The position numbers and the translations under genes are program-made. Of a DNA stretch of 64,000 bases, positions 25,415 to 39,463 are shown one piece after another (the first letter of the stretch is position 1; each line of letters begins with the position of its first letter). The notes beneath the pieces are model-generated. The model was given only the letters and a program-made list of their open reading frames with translations. It made no database searches and was not told the DNA's origin. The stretch covers positions 196,540,001 to 196,604,000 of the forward strand of contig OX597814.1 in assembly GCA_951406725.2 (NCBI GenBank), in the 5' to 3' direction. This DNA is from Octopus vulgaris (lineage: Eukaryota).

Positions 25415-25725
25415 GTAGGCTATCCCATTCCCTTTGGAGAGGAATTATATGCTCTGAGTTCTTGCCGTTGCTGTGTAGTGCAATTAACTATAATCGAACG
25501 GACCTACGACTTAAAAATTAGGTTATCCCTTCCCTTTGGAGAGGAATTATATATTTTTCTTTACTGTCCGCAAGGGGCTAAACACAGAGGAGACAAACAA
25601 GGACAGACAAAGGGATTAAGTCGATTACATCGACCCCAGTGCGTAGAGGAATTATAATGCCCTGTGTTGTTACCGTTGTTGTGTAGTGCCATTAACTATA
25701 ATCGAACGGACCTACGACTTAGAAA
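25415..25725 (+). repeat. About 103-bp tandem duplication whose second unit carries a 5'-truncated B1 SINE (25552-25644, minus strand)
   Basis: 12-bp TSD AGAGGAATTATA at 25540-25551 and 25645-25656. The first unit shows the empty site. Confidence 0.88.
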
Positions 25726-26482
25726 TTTCCAGTCATGACCATCTCGTCTGATCTTGGATATAAGTGCATATGAAAAACTCCATTTTCTTATTTGTTCTTT
25801 TTAATTTCTATTTTAAGGGAAGGTCTCGGTTTGGATATCTGATATAATTTGAAATAATAAACTTTAGACAACAGAACTGGAGGCTTTAAGGCACTTATTC
25901 GAGGTTTCTACGTTCTTTCAAATTCCACTGTCGTAATTATTTCAATTAGAGCTCTTCTCTCTATCTCTCCCTTCCCCTCTAGCCCACCCTCTCTCACTCG
26001 CTCACTTAATGTCTTCTCTTTCGCTCTCAAGCACATACATACATACATACATACATACATACACACACATGCCCTCTCCATTTCACTTTGATATACTGTT
26101 AAATAAAGTAGAAAACAGACAGTGATTCATCGTATCATCATATAATAATGTTCTCCATCCAATCACTACTTTATATAGGTTGATAGGTAAATTACAACGT
26201 TGTCTCGTCGCTATCAGCATGCGAGTTTATAGATGTCTGTGTCTGCGTATTTACACGGTTATGCCCGTGCGTGTGTGTGTGTGAGCGTAAATTAAGATAA
26301 TGTTAGTATTTTAAAGAAATTTCAAGAATAACAATGGAACATTTACCGATACTGTAACTCTATATTGAGAGCAGACTCAATTGAAAATGATTGCGAAGAT
26401 CAGGTTGGTTGAAATATCATGAAATACATGCATAATATAAATATACAGGTAAAGGGACATACATATACACGCACTTAAATAT

Positions 26483-26555
<73 letters not shown>

Positions 26556-27085
26556 TTATGTTCGTTTGTATGTGTGTACATATAAAGATGTGTATGTACG
26601 TGTGTATGCGTGCGTGTGTGTGTGTGGTTGTGTGTGTGTAACTAATTTATACACTGTATTGTAAAGAACCACAAAAGCAGAATTAGAATTATGCTATAAA
26701 AGTGTCTCTCTAATTCGAACACAACCAACATACTATACTTAGCGGATATGTGTTCTTCAAACACCTCAAAACTATATCTCGTTTATGACATATAGTATTG
26801 AAAAAGAAAACGCAGCATACTTCAGAGTTAGGCGAAACGAGATCGTACCAGACGTGATCAAGAGTGCGACAGACAGATATATACATATATATATATATGG
26901 CGGACTTCTCTTAGTTTCCGTCTACCAAATCCACTCACAAGGCTTTGGTCAACCCGAGACTATAGTAGAAGACACTTGCCCAATGTTCCACGCAGCTGGT
27001 AAGCAAGCTACTTACCAGACCTACTCCTGTGCCTATTATTTATATATAACAGTTTGTGCGTGCGTGTATATATACATATACATAC

Positions 27086-27153
<68 letters not shown>

Positions 27154-27494
27154 ACATATATGCATCTATATATATATGCATATATATACTGTCTTGGGAG
27201 GGTAATAAAGGCACTAATAATAACATATATATATATACATAGATAAACACACATGCATATGATTCTCTTTGGGACTGTGGATCGCAATGAATATAAAACT
27301 ATAAATCAAATAGCATATAAATATTTGGTTGTAAAAGAGCTGCGGGCAAAAAGAGCCGAAGGCTGGCCAGGTGCACACACAAAAACACACACACACACAC
27401 ACAAATACACACACTTATATTAACGTAAAGCTAGTTGGCACCAGGTTCACTACGTGAGTTTGAAGAAATACTTTAATGAAGTTGCACAGTTTAC

Positions 27495-27912
27495 TCTTTT
27501 ATTCTGTTGCTGTTTTTCTTGTTTCAGTCATTTGACTGTGGCCATGCTGGAGCACCGCCATTAGTCGAGCAAATCGACCCCAGGACTTATTCTTTATAAG
27601 CCTTGTACATAAGTACTCTTTTGCCGAACCGCTAATTTACGGGACGTAAACACACCAGCATCGGTTGTCAAGCGATGTTGGGGGGACAAACTCAGGCACA
27701 CAAACATATACACGCACATACATATATATAGTATATATACAGATACACGACAGGTTTTTTTCAGTTTCCGTCTACCAAATCCACTGGCAAAGCTTTGGTC
27801 GGCCCGAGGTTATAGTAGAAGATACTTGCCCAAGGTGCCACGCAGTGGGACTGAACCCGGAACCATGTGGTTCGTAAACAAGCTACGTACCACACAGCCA
27901 CTCCTACGCCTA
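27495..27912 (-). mobile_element. SINE family A, full length
   Basis: Head and tail motifs. Confidence 0.9.
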
Positions 27913-28449
27913 TCCTACTCTATTCATAAAATACACTTTACTAGCCCATCATCCAAGATTACTAAAGATCTCGATTAAATAATGGTATTACTGAGGATGG
28001 TGGTATTATATGAAAGGGATCTTTGGGGAGGAATTGATGCTAAGATGTGAGATTTTTTTACTATATTTCTATGCTAACATTAAGAACCACTCAAATCGGT
28101 GTTCAAATTTGGTTTCCTCGACACGGAACTCATTGAAAATATCGCATTTCGCATCGCTTAAATACACGTAGTGCTGTGTGTTTGAAAGTAAAGCATTATT
28201 TTAGTTCAGTGTTATACTATATTCTATCAGTCCCTCCAGAACACTGATGCATTCAATTTATCGATCTCAGCGACAGACAAAATCGACATCGTTCAGAGTC
28301 GAACACAATTACTGTAAAACATATAATCGAGTTTGTTTGTTTGTTTGTTGGTTTGTCTGGTTTGGTTGGTTTTTTGTTTTTCCTTTTCCATGAGGAAACT
28401 TCAGTGTTTTACGTCTGTTATATAATAATTTTGACTTTTTGTCTAATGA

Positions 28450-28889
28450 CGAAGTGAAAGGAGGAGAGCAGGAGATGAGGAGGAAGACGGAAAAGAGCTG
28501 AAGCAGAAGAGGAAGAGATCGAAGATAAGCAAGATACAGAAGAGGAAAGAGGAAGAGAAAGATGAAGACGGGAAAGTAAAAGTAGTAGTAGTGGTGATGG
28601 TGGTGGTGGTACTGGTTGTAGTAGTACTAGTACTAGAATTAGTAGCAGTAGTGGCAGTATTGGTAGTGGTGGTAGGGTAGAAGAAAAAGGCGAAGATGGA
28701 GGAGATGATGAAGGAAAAGAAGATAAAAATGAAAGAGAAGGGAAAGAAAGGGGAGGAGGAAGTGAAGAAGGAGGAGGAAGAATATTAATGAGAAGAATAA
28801 GGCGGAGGAGAAGAATTAGAAAAGAAAAGGAAGAATAAATAAGAAAAGAAGAAGAAGAAGAAGAAGAAGAAGAAGAAGGAGAAGAAGAA

Positions 28890-28924
<35 letters not shown>

Positions 28925-28986
28925 AGAAGAAGGAGAGGAAAAAGAAGAAGAAGAAGAAGAAGAAGAAGAAGAAGAAGAAGAATAAG

Positions 28987-29027
<41 letters not shown>

Positions 29028-29030
29028 GAG
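28450..29030 (+). repeat. Purine-rich low-complexity tract with (AAG)n, (AGT)n and (AAC)n
   Basis: Read directly. Confidence 0.9.
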
Positions 29031-29244
29031 GATACACGCCAATTTGTAGGACGTCTGAATCCCAAGTGTAGATTATTATTCTGACCGGAAACTTGACTCA
29101 AATGCAGTTTCATGTTGTCGAAAATGTATTTTCGACAGCTGTTGTCATTATTTTTAGTTGAACTGTTTCAGGTCAGTTCTGAATCAACAGACATGTGATT
29201 AAAGGCTTTTCAGCCGTAATCATGCTGTCTTATTGTATAAATAT

Positions 29245-29668
29245 ATAGGCGCAGGAGTGGCTGTGTGGTAAGTAGCTTGCTAAACAACCACATGGTTCCA
29301 GGTTCAGTCCCACTGCGTGACATCTTGGGCAAGTGTCTTCTGCTATAGCCCCGGGCGACCAATGCCTTGTGAGTGGATTTGGTAGACGGAAACTGAAAGA
29401 AGCCTGTCGTATATATGTATATATATATATAAGTGTGTGTGTTTATGTTTGTGTGTCTGTGTTTGTCCCCCTAGCATTGCTTGACAACCGATGCTGGTGT
29501 GTTTACGTCCCCGTCACCTAGCGGTTCGGCAAAAGCGACCGATAGAATAAGTACTGGGCTTACAAAGAATAAGTCCCGGGGTCGATTTGCTCGACTAATG
29601 GCGGTGCTCCAGCATGGCCGCAGTCAAATGACTGAAACAAGTAAAAGAGTAAAAGAGAAAAAGAGAGT
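29245..29668 (+). mobile_element. SINE family A, young full-length copy
   Basis: Nearly identical to 31268-31688. Confidence 0.92.
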
Positions 29669-30713
29669 CCTACATTGGCGAATATATCCTTCCTCTTTTA
29701 AAACTGCGGAGTGATTTTATAAGTGAATGTAAACTATTATTTGTAGCATGTCTAGCATTTTTACCCACATTCTCGCATTGGTTAGTTTATTTGATATACA
29801 TTTAGTTTTAATTTAATATATTCGGCGACAAATCTCAATTATTTTCTCTTTAACACCAACAGTATTCCATATTAAATATATGGAAAACACATCGAAACTA
29901 TAATGATATTCGCGCAGCAGCTGCTGATGAATAGATACGTTTGATGTGCTTGCTGATTGCGAATCATATGTATCGTATGCTCTCGTGTTACTAAGGAGCC
30001 CTTCATTGAAATTCCAGTTTCCGTAGCAGTAAAAGCGTCTGGGGTTTCTTGATTTTTAGTTTATGGTAAATTTGCTGTATATATTATACTATTAATTCAT
30101 ATTATGTGCTTGATTTTCATGCGGGTTCTAAATTTCTTTCAGGTAAGATTAGTTCAGGGGTTTCTAATATTTTCGGGTATCTGAAGGATTTACTACAAAT
30201 ATACATATGCATTCCGTGTTCAAATCCACTGCTTGGTACCTTGGGCAATTGTTTTCCATTATAGCCTAGGGCCGACGAAAGGCTTGTGAGTGAATTTGGT
30301 ACACGGAAACTGAAAGAAGCCCGTCGTATATATATATATATAAGTTTGTGTGTGTGTGTGCGTGTGAGTATTTCTATGTTTGTGTCTGTGTTTGTCCCAC
30401 CACCATCGATTCACAACCGATGTTGGTGTCTTTACGTCCATGTAACTTATCAGTTCAGCAAAATGACTGATAGAATAAGTACCATGTTTACAAAGAATAA
30501 GTTTATGGGTCGATTTCTTCGACTAAAGGTGGTGCTCCAGCATAGCCACATTCAAAATGACTGAAAAAATTAAAAGAATATATATATATATATATATATA
30601 CACACAATACAATATCCCTGCATATCTCACATCCATTTTCATTCCTCCACCACACTCACTGTCTATTTCGTATCTTATCAAAATGAACTATTGCTTAACC
30701 ATCTTCTCCCACC

Positions 30714-30761
30714 GTTTCCGATGAAGGGTTATAATAAATATCCTAGAAACAGCTGTAAGAC
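30714..30761 (+). ncRNA. Minimal hammerhead-like motif
   Basis: GTTT CCGATGA AGGG...TCCT A GAAAC-AGCT-GTA AGAC. Confidence 0.6.
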
Positions 30762-31145
30762 TTTCTATTTATAAATGTTCTAAAATCTGCACTGATTTGG
30801 TTTTTTATCACATTACGAAAAAAAAAATTATATATATATATATATTTCCCCTCGTAATGATTTTGCTTTTATTTTGTAATAGACAACTCTCATTCAGAAA
30901 ATGCCAGCTTCCAAATCCTGTTTCCTGATGAGAAGAAAAATTGATGAAACATTTTTCTAGAATTTTTCGAGAACAAATAAAAGACAAAATCGGATTTAAC
31001 ATGGACAATTATTTTAATATTCCACATTTGAAAATTTTGACGTATTTTAATATTTCACAATATGTGACAGTAACAGGGAGGAGCCTACAAAAGTAGAGAA
31101 AGAGAGTTATAGGACCACACACACACACTCACACACACACACACA

Positions 31146-31208
<63 letters not shown>

Positions 31209-31267
31209 ACACACACATTCGCACATATACATATTTACAAACGTCCACACTGGTTAACAGTAGACAT

Positions 31268-31688
31268 ATAGGCGCAGGAGTGGCTGTGTGGTAAGTAGCT
31301 TGCTAACCAACCACATGGTTCCGGGTTCAGTCCCACTGCGTGGCATCTTGGGCAAGTGTCTTCTGCTATAGCCCCGGGCCGACCAATGCCTTGTGAGTGG
31401 ATTTGGTAGACGGAAACTGAAAGAAGCCTGTCGTATATATGTGTATATATATATGTATGTGTGTGTGTTTGTGTGTCTGTGTTTGTTCCCCTAGCATTGC
31501 TTGACAACCGATGCTGGTGTGTTTACGTCCCCGTCACTTAGCGGTTCGGCAAAAAGAGACCGATAGAATAAGTACTGGGCTTACAAAAAGAATAAGTCCC
31601 GGGGTCGAGTTGCTCGACTAAAGGCGGTGCTCCAGCATGGCCGCAGTCAAATGACTGAAACAAGTAAAAGAGTAAAAGAGTAAAGAGT
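31268..31688 (+). mobile_element. SINE family A, young full-length copy
   Basis: Complete head, middle and tail; GTAAAAGA repeats at the 3' end. Confidence 0.93.
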
Positions 31689-32195
31689 ATATGTATGTGT
31701 GTTCGTATATATGTATATCTATTGGTATGTGTGTGATTATCTCTGTGTCCGTGTGTAAGTGTTTCCTTGTAATAGACAGCAGAAAAAAAACCCTATCCTT
31801 CTTTTTCTTAAAGTTACGTATTCCTCACACCACCTTTCTTTCCCTTCATCAGCGTTTTAACAGTTAGTTAAGTGAATGTGCACTCGTATGGGTAGTGTGT
31901 GTGTGTGTGTGTGCTTGCATGCATCTATGTATTTACGAAAGTAAATATGCAGCGTCGCATGTATATCTAAGAATTACAGCTGCATTAGCGTTACCCTCCT
32001 TGATATCATCCACACTCAGTATGTCACCACATTTCCCTCACACTAACATTCTTTGCACCCTTCTCATTTTGCCAAATATTAGCGCAACCCACCAATCTGG
32101 TCTATTATAGATTTTTATTGAAATCCAATTAGCCTATGCTTCAACAGGATGTTAGTTTAACATGTATGCAAAGTTTCGTCACTGACGTAGGCAGT

Positions 32196-32568
32196 GGAGT
32201 GGAAGCACTCCGTCGGTTACGACGATGAGTGTTCCAGTTGATTCAAATCAACGGAACAGCCTGTTCGTGAAATTAACGTGTAAGTGGCTGAGCACTCCAC
32301 AGACACGTGTACCCTTAACGTAGTTCTCGGGGATATTCAGCGTGACACAGAGAGTGACAAGGCCGGCCCCTTGAAATACAGGTACAGCAGAAACAGGAAG
32401 TAAGAGTGAGAGAAAGTTGTGGTGAAAGAGTACAGCAGGGATTAGCACCATCCCCTGCCGGAGCCTCGTGGGGCTTTTAGGTGTTTTCGCTCAATAAACA
32501 CTCACAACGCCCGGTCTGGGAATCGAAACCGCGAGTCCGCTGCCCTAACCACTGGGTCATTGCGCCTC
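32196..32568 (-). mobile_element. SINE family C, full length
   Basis: 16-bp TSD CACTGACGTAGGCAGT at 32180-32195 and 32569-32584. Confidence 0.93.
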
Positions 32569-32682
32569 CACTGACGTAGGCAGTAAGATGGTAACAGCCA
32601 GATTGACACTGAGAAATTTCCATTGATATATAAGGCATACAAGAGTTAAGAAATGAAGTAGATAATTTGAAAGAAGAAAGGG

Positions 32683-32720
32683 CTTTTGACGCTTCGAACA
32701 TATTCTCTTCGTCAGAAAGG
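32683..32720 (-). ncRNA. Minimal hammerhead-like motif
   Basis: Minus strand: TTT CTGACGA AGAGAATATGTTC GAAGC GTC AAA (GAAAC>GAAGC). Confidence 0.5.
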
Positions 32721-33830
32721 AAAACAAAAACGTCTAGAAAAGGAATATTTCACGGACAACACGTATGTAGTTAATTGTCTGGTGTAAAAAGACACAAAGA
32801 AAGTGTTTTTTTTATGACAGGAGAATGCTAGTATGTATGTGTGTGTGTGTGTGTTTGTGTTAGTGATGTAGACGTAAGGGTGTCACTCGATGAACAGGTA
32901 CGATTCGGTGGTTAGGCGAGAGACGAAGTGAAAAGTGTGTGGGTTGATCCAGTGTTACTGTAAGTGTGTATGTGTTTGCGAATGTACATATAACGGTGTG
33001 TGTGTGTGTGTGTATGTATGTGGTGCGTATGAGTCTGTGCTTGCGTATATGTGTGTGTGAAAGAGAGGGGAGGTAACACGTGTATGAGTGCGATGGTGTT
33101 GCCGCGTGCGTGTGTGTTTTAGAATGAGTGTGTTTATGTGCGGGTGGGCGTGTATGTGTATGTGCGTATGTGTGTGTGTATATATATATATATATGTATA
33201 TGTACGTATGAGTATGTGTGTGTATGTGTGTATGAGTGCGTGTTCGTGTGTGTGTGACTGCGCGTGCGTGTATGCGTGTGTGTGGGTGGGTGTGGGAAGC
33301 AAAATGACAATTGTGTGTAGTCGTTGTTACTGTTTGTGTGTGTGTGTGCGCGCGTGTGTGTATGCGCGTGTGTGTATGCGCGTGTTTGTGTGTCTATGCA
33401 GACGCGTGTGGGCGTGTGTGAGTATATTTACTTATTTGACCAGTTCGTAATTGTATGTGCTGCTGGTAACATGTAACCCAACACTTCATAATTGAGCCTT
33501 CGGCAGCTAAAATTGCAACATCACTAATACTCTATTATGAGAGGCAAACGATAACGGAATGGCGTAAATTGTGTTTGTCATTGGGTTGGTGGTAAACATT
33601 CGGAACTTGTTGGTGTAAATATTTTCAAATACGTGGCTGGGTCTACTTTGTCTGTATGGTTAGTCAAACAGCAACTGAACTGCTCATACGTAGAAAACCA
33701 TGAAATAAGCTATTATTGACACACACACATACATACATACATACATACATACATACATACATACATACATACATACATACATACATACATGCATACATAA
33801 ATACATACATATATATACATATATACATAG

Positions 33831-33878
<48 letters not shown>

Positions 33879-33886
33879 TTTATAAA

Positions 33887-33924
33887 CTGTCCGACGAACG
33901 GGAACATGAAACTCCGAGTAACAG
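33887..33924 (+). ncRNA. Minimal hammerhead-like motif
   Basis: CTGT CCGACGA ACGGGAACAT GAAAC-TCCGA-GTA ACAG. Stem I perfect, stem II weak. Confidence 0.55.
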
Positions 33925-34025
33925 GTTTTGTTGAATTTCTGCTGCTTTTAAATAAAGCATATGACTCTACCCCTGGTATTTGAGTACTCTTTGTTCCACC
34001 TTGTTTCACATTTATGTGTTTACTC

Positions 34026-34071
<46 letters not shown>

Positions 34072-34377
34072 TCAGAAAAGGAGTGATTTCGATTATCCCC
34101 ACGTCGTGAGTTGTAATATATATATAAAAGAAATTTAAAAACGGAAAATACACACACTTTACGTAGTTTAAATATAATTGTTAATATATTGACTGGTTTT
34201 GCTTTCGTTATTCATGATATTAAGGTTTACTTATTTGAATATGTATTTTCTAAAGAAGAAATTTTTGTCAACGTTATGTCTGATGATAATTACGAGTGAA
34301 TGAATTCACAAGTAGAAAAATAAGGGGAGGTCATGGGTTATCGTTATTATTGTTATTGTTGTGGGGAAGAGGTTTCT

Positions 34378-34695
34378 AGTTGAACCGATCAACGGAACAG
34401 CCTGCTCGTGAAATTAAGGAGCAAGTGGCTGAGCACTCCACAGACACGTGTACCCTTAACGTTGTTCTCGGGGAGATTCAGCGTGACATAGGTACCACAG
34501 AAACAGGAAGAAAGATTGAGAGAAAGTTGTGGTGGAAGAGTACAGCTGGGTTCGCCACCACCCCATGCCGGAGAATCGTGGAGCTTTAAGGTGTTTTCGC
34601 TCAATGAACACTCACAACGCCCGGGATGGGAATCGAAACCGCGATCCTACGACCGCGAATCCGCTTACCCTAGCAACTGGGCCATTGCACCTCCA
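34378..34695 (-). mobile_element. SINE family C with internal deletion
   Basis: Homology to 32196-32568. Confidence 0.85.
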
Positions 34696-34795
34696 GTATA
34701 TATATATGTAAGTATGTATGTATGTATGTATGTATGTATATACACTCACATATATATACATATATATGAACATATATATACATCTATCTATCAAT

Positions 34796-34837
<42 letters not shown>

Positions 34838-34853
34838 ATCTATCTATCTATCA

Positions 34854-34901
<48 letters not shown>

Positions 34902-36250
34902 ATCTATCTATATATATATAGAGAGAGAGATATAGATATATAGATATACACATACATACATACATACATATATATATATATATCACATAACTCACAATAA
35001 TTGAGTTCTTTCATAATGACATAAATTGCATAGAATATGAATTTATTGGTTGAATAAGAGGACAATATCACAAATCGCTCCCTCGGCGGCTTTCAAATAT
35101 ATGTTTCCAGTGACTCCATTAGGCAGCAATTCAACCACAGTTATCATATGACCATTTATTTCGTGCATATTTTCTACCTATAGAAGCGAAAGTATATCTT
35201 AATATGTGCATATGATTTATGTGTTATCATCGTTGAACTGGTTCGATCAACATAGACAACTTCCATATGTAGTACACTATATAAAGTACATGGGTAGTGT
35301 TCCATATATTTTCATATAAATTTTAGTAAAACGATCTTTTCGAATTTATGCTATCATACATACATACATACAAACATACATACATACATGCATGCATGTA
35401 TGCATACGTACATACATATATACATGCATGCATACATACATACATACATACATTCATATTACATCCATCCATCCATCCATCCATCCATCCATCCATCCAT
35501 CCATCCATCCATCCATACATACATACATACATGCATGCATACATACATACATATATACTTACATATAAATATATTTTTCTTTCATTTTTCTTTTACGTTC
35601 CAGTCATTGGCCTGCAGCCATGCTGGAGCACCACCTTTACTCGAAAAAATCTACCCCCGGAGTTATTCTTTGTAAGCATAGTACTTATTCTATCGGTCTC
35701 TTTTGGCGAACTGCTAATTGACACCCATGTTAGTCATTTGCTTTTTGTAAATTCTCACTCTCTCTATATACATATGTGTGTGTGTGTGTGTCTGTGTGTG
35801 TGTGTCTGTGTGTGTGTGTGTGCGAAGCAAATCATACAGGAGAAATTATTTGCGAAGATATTATTGACTTCGTTTCTTACGAATGCGAGGCTATAAGGCC
35901 GGTCCTTAAACCGGTCCACGTGAGTCCAAATACTTGAATATATGTTGAGAGATTATCTTAGCCCGTGTGACCGCACACAGTTGATTTCTGTAGTTATTGT
36001 CAGTGTAGTTTTCGGCGATTTAAATAAGAGTTTTGACTGTTATTTCCAGCATCAAGGCTACCATTGGTTTCCTGCTAGAGAATACCTTAAAAGTTTTAAA
36101 AGCTTATTTGAGTATATTTGATAAATGGAAACTGAACGAAGTCCCTCGTATATGTTTAAAACTGCATTTGAGTTGGGTTTCTATAAGCTTATAGACACAG
36201 TTATATGCATTTGTACATACAAGTACAATCTATCTACCTATCTACCTATA

Positions 36251-36289
<39 letters not shown>

Positions 36290-36310
36290 TTATCTATTTT
36301 TATCTATCTA

Positions 36311-36377
<67 letters not shown>

Positions 36378-37109
36378 ATATGTATATCATATATCAACAA
36401 TATTCATTATTATTTCTACTCTCGGCACAAAGCCTTCGAAGTTTGGTGGGAATGGGGATAGTCAATTATATCGACCCTAGTACGCAACTGGTACTTTTTT
36501 CATCGACCTCGATATGAATATAAATGACTAAGAAGGATAACTATCAATTCATTGCGGCCCTTTCGAGGGACTCCTTTAATTCATCCATAAAAGCATTACA
36601 CCATTACAAAGAAAACCATTCTCATCCGATGGCGACATAGCCCTCACGCATAGTGTTAGATATTTTGAACATATTCATATCAGCAATAGAGAGCAAATAT
36701 TTACAATGATTCGGCTGCCAATTTTTTGGGCAGAATGAAAAAGGACAGTACAAGCCAGAAATTAGCATAGGCTAGAATGTGGGTTGGAGGGATGAGTGAG
36801 AGTAGTGACTGCGTTATCTACACATCGAAGACAATAAGGAGAATATTGTCTTCAAAACATCCAAAGTTAGATTTTTAGGGTGTTACAAATTAATTAGTAT
36901 CATGAACGACAGTTCTGCTATCTAAGAAAATTGAACTTTACATCGGGCTATATCAACACTAAAGGTTAGGTCATGGGGTGGTAAATGAGAATGTTTGATG
37001 GGAGAGTGATGATGATACAAAGAAAAGAGGGGATTGGGATGGCTAGTAAGGCTTATTTTGATGGGTATCTTAAAAGGAAAGAAAAAGTGAGCTTTTAAAA
37101 AGAAACTTT

Positions 37110-37685
37110 TTTACTCTAGGGACAAGGCCAGAAATTTGAGGGGAGGGGGTTCAGTCGATTATATCGACCTCAGTGCGTAACTGGTACTTAATTTATCGAC
37201 CCCGAAAGAATGAAGAGCAAAGTCAACCTCGGCAGAGTTTGAATTCAGAACGTAAAGACAGACGAAATACCTGTTTCTTTACTACCCACAAGGGGATAAT
37301 CACAGAGAGGGCAAACAAGGACAGACAAACGGATTAAGTCGATTATATCGACCTCAGTGCGTAACTGATACTTATTTAATCGGCCCCGAAAGGATGAAAG
37401 GCAAAGTCGACCTCGGCGAAATTTGAACTCAGACCGTAACGGCAAACGAAATACCTATTTTTTACTACCCACAAGGGACCAAACACAGAGAGGACAAACA
37501 AGAACAGACAAACGGATTAAGTCGATTATATCGACCCCAGTGCGTAACTGGTACTTATTCAATCTACCCCGAAAGGATGAAAGGCAAAGTCGACCTCAGC
37601 GGAATTTGAACTCAGAACGTAGCGGCAGACGAAAAGCCGCTAAGCATTTCGCCCGGTGTGCTAACGTTTCTGCCAGCTCGCCGAC
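37110..37685 (-). mobile_element. Nested B array: head + B1 unit + B1 unit + B2 remainder
   Basis: Junctions at 37445-37455 and 37261-37271. The last unit has the B2 diagnostic TGTCTTTACG and the B2 tail. Confidence 0.9.
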
Positions 37686-39061
37686 TTGCAGGAACAATAA
37701 TATTCTTTTCTATTCTAGGCGCAAGGCCTGAAATTTTGGGGGAGGGGGCTAGTCGATTAGATCGACTCCAGTACGTAACCGGTATTGAATCTATCGACCC
37801 CCAAAGGGATGAAATGCATAGTCGACATCGGCGGAATTTGAACTCAGAACGTAATGATGTACTGTTAAAAAGAATACTTCTTAAAGGATTATGAGTGGGA
37901 TATAAATGGAAGGAGTAAGTTTTAACCATTGTAAATATATAGATATATAAAGGCTGGAAAGAATTTTCAGATATAACTAAATAAGGGGATAATGTAAAAT
38001 TTATATACATGATAATGTAAGGTTTCTATATGAGTAGAATTAAAAATCATAAATTGCTACCAAATTTTTGTGCTATAAAAAAACTAAAAGTATATGGAAA
38101 TAAAAAATAAAAGAGAAACATATAGCCATATTTATATATATATATGGAATATAATATAAGAAAATATATAAAAAATATAAAGGATATATATATACATATA
38201 TATATGTGTGTATATATACAAAGGTGTGAAAATGTAAAATATACAAAATATTTAATATATATAAATATATAATGTGTAAAAATATTATAATTTCATAAGT
38301 TTCGGTTCACAGTACACAGTGGGATATTCGGAAAAAAATTTTTTAACTGTCAAATTATTAATAAAATATACTAAAAGTATGATAAGTATATGAAGAGTAT
38401 ATAAAATCATAAGATATAAAGTTATAAGATATAAGATTTACAAAATATACGAGGGAATATAAGAAAATATCTAAGAGAAGAATTGTAATAAAAGCTATAA
38501 TTAAATATTATAAAAAAAGTTACAGTAAGAAAATTCTTTATAAAAGAATTATAAAAGTAAGCCAATAAAAATGCTATACTAAGATATATAAAAAGGAAAT
38601 AAGGTAATATAAAATGAAAATAAGGAAGATATTAGAATGGAATTGTTATGTAAATAATAAGAATATTAATTAACTAGTAATACTAGTTGGAAGAAGGCAT
38701 ATCAGTAGAGATAAAATAGAATTAAAATTGTCATTAGAGATAGGTTAAGAAAATATATCTTTAATACGACGAAAATCAAGAATTGAGGCATAATAGTAAC
38801 AAATCACAGAGGGTATATTTTATAATTAGGAGAGATTTGAAAATTAAGGAGTCGTAAGGAAAAATAGTATATTTATGTTAACCTTGATAGAATAGATTCA
38901 CCTCTGGTATTAGGTAGGTATATGTTATGATTACTAAGAGTTAATAGATCAAAGGGATTAAAGAAAAACGTTTTAATCCCTCCACCCAATTATGATATGC
39001 TAAATAATTATCAGCTTCTAAATTATTTAAAGGTACGGGTAATCATATGAACAAATGACAG

Positions 39062-39432
39062 TCAAAGATCTAATTTATGATTAATGAAATCATTCTCATC
39101 TCTATATTCAAAGATTTCGTACAATTTCATACAACATAGTCTACATTCATATTGGCTATATGTGTATTGCTGGGCTCTACACACTAAATTCCATTTATGG
39201 GTTAAATCGATATTATTGTCATTAAGCTCCCAGATTTTCGTAGATAAAGACGTACTATTAGTTTTATTCATAAGTCTAAAGAATGATAAATGGTTATTCA
39301 ATCGTTTTTTTTTCATATTTACAGATCACCCTATATAAATAAAGTTATTATTTTCTGTTAGTATTGTATATTTATAAACAATATTTCCTGCTAAACATTG
39401 ACCTGATAATGAGCAAAGGGATATTTCCCTAC

Positions 39433-39463
<31 letters not shown>

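Noticed and set aside
28418-29113. 231-aa Ser/Pro/Cys-rich ORF
   Set aside because: Antisense reading of the purine-rich trinucleotide tract.
30920-30960. CTGATGA...GAAAC hammerhead core match
   Set aside because: No stem II and no pairing for stems I or III.
36540-37080. Possible LINE relic
   Set aside because: No RT or endonuclease motif recovered by manual translation.
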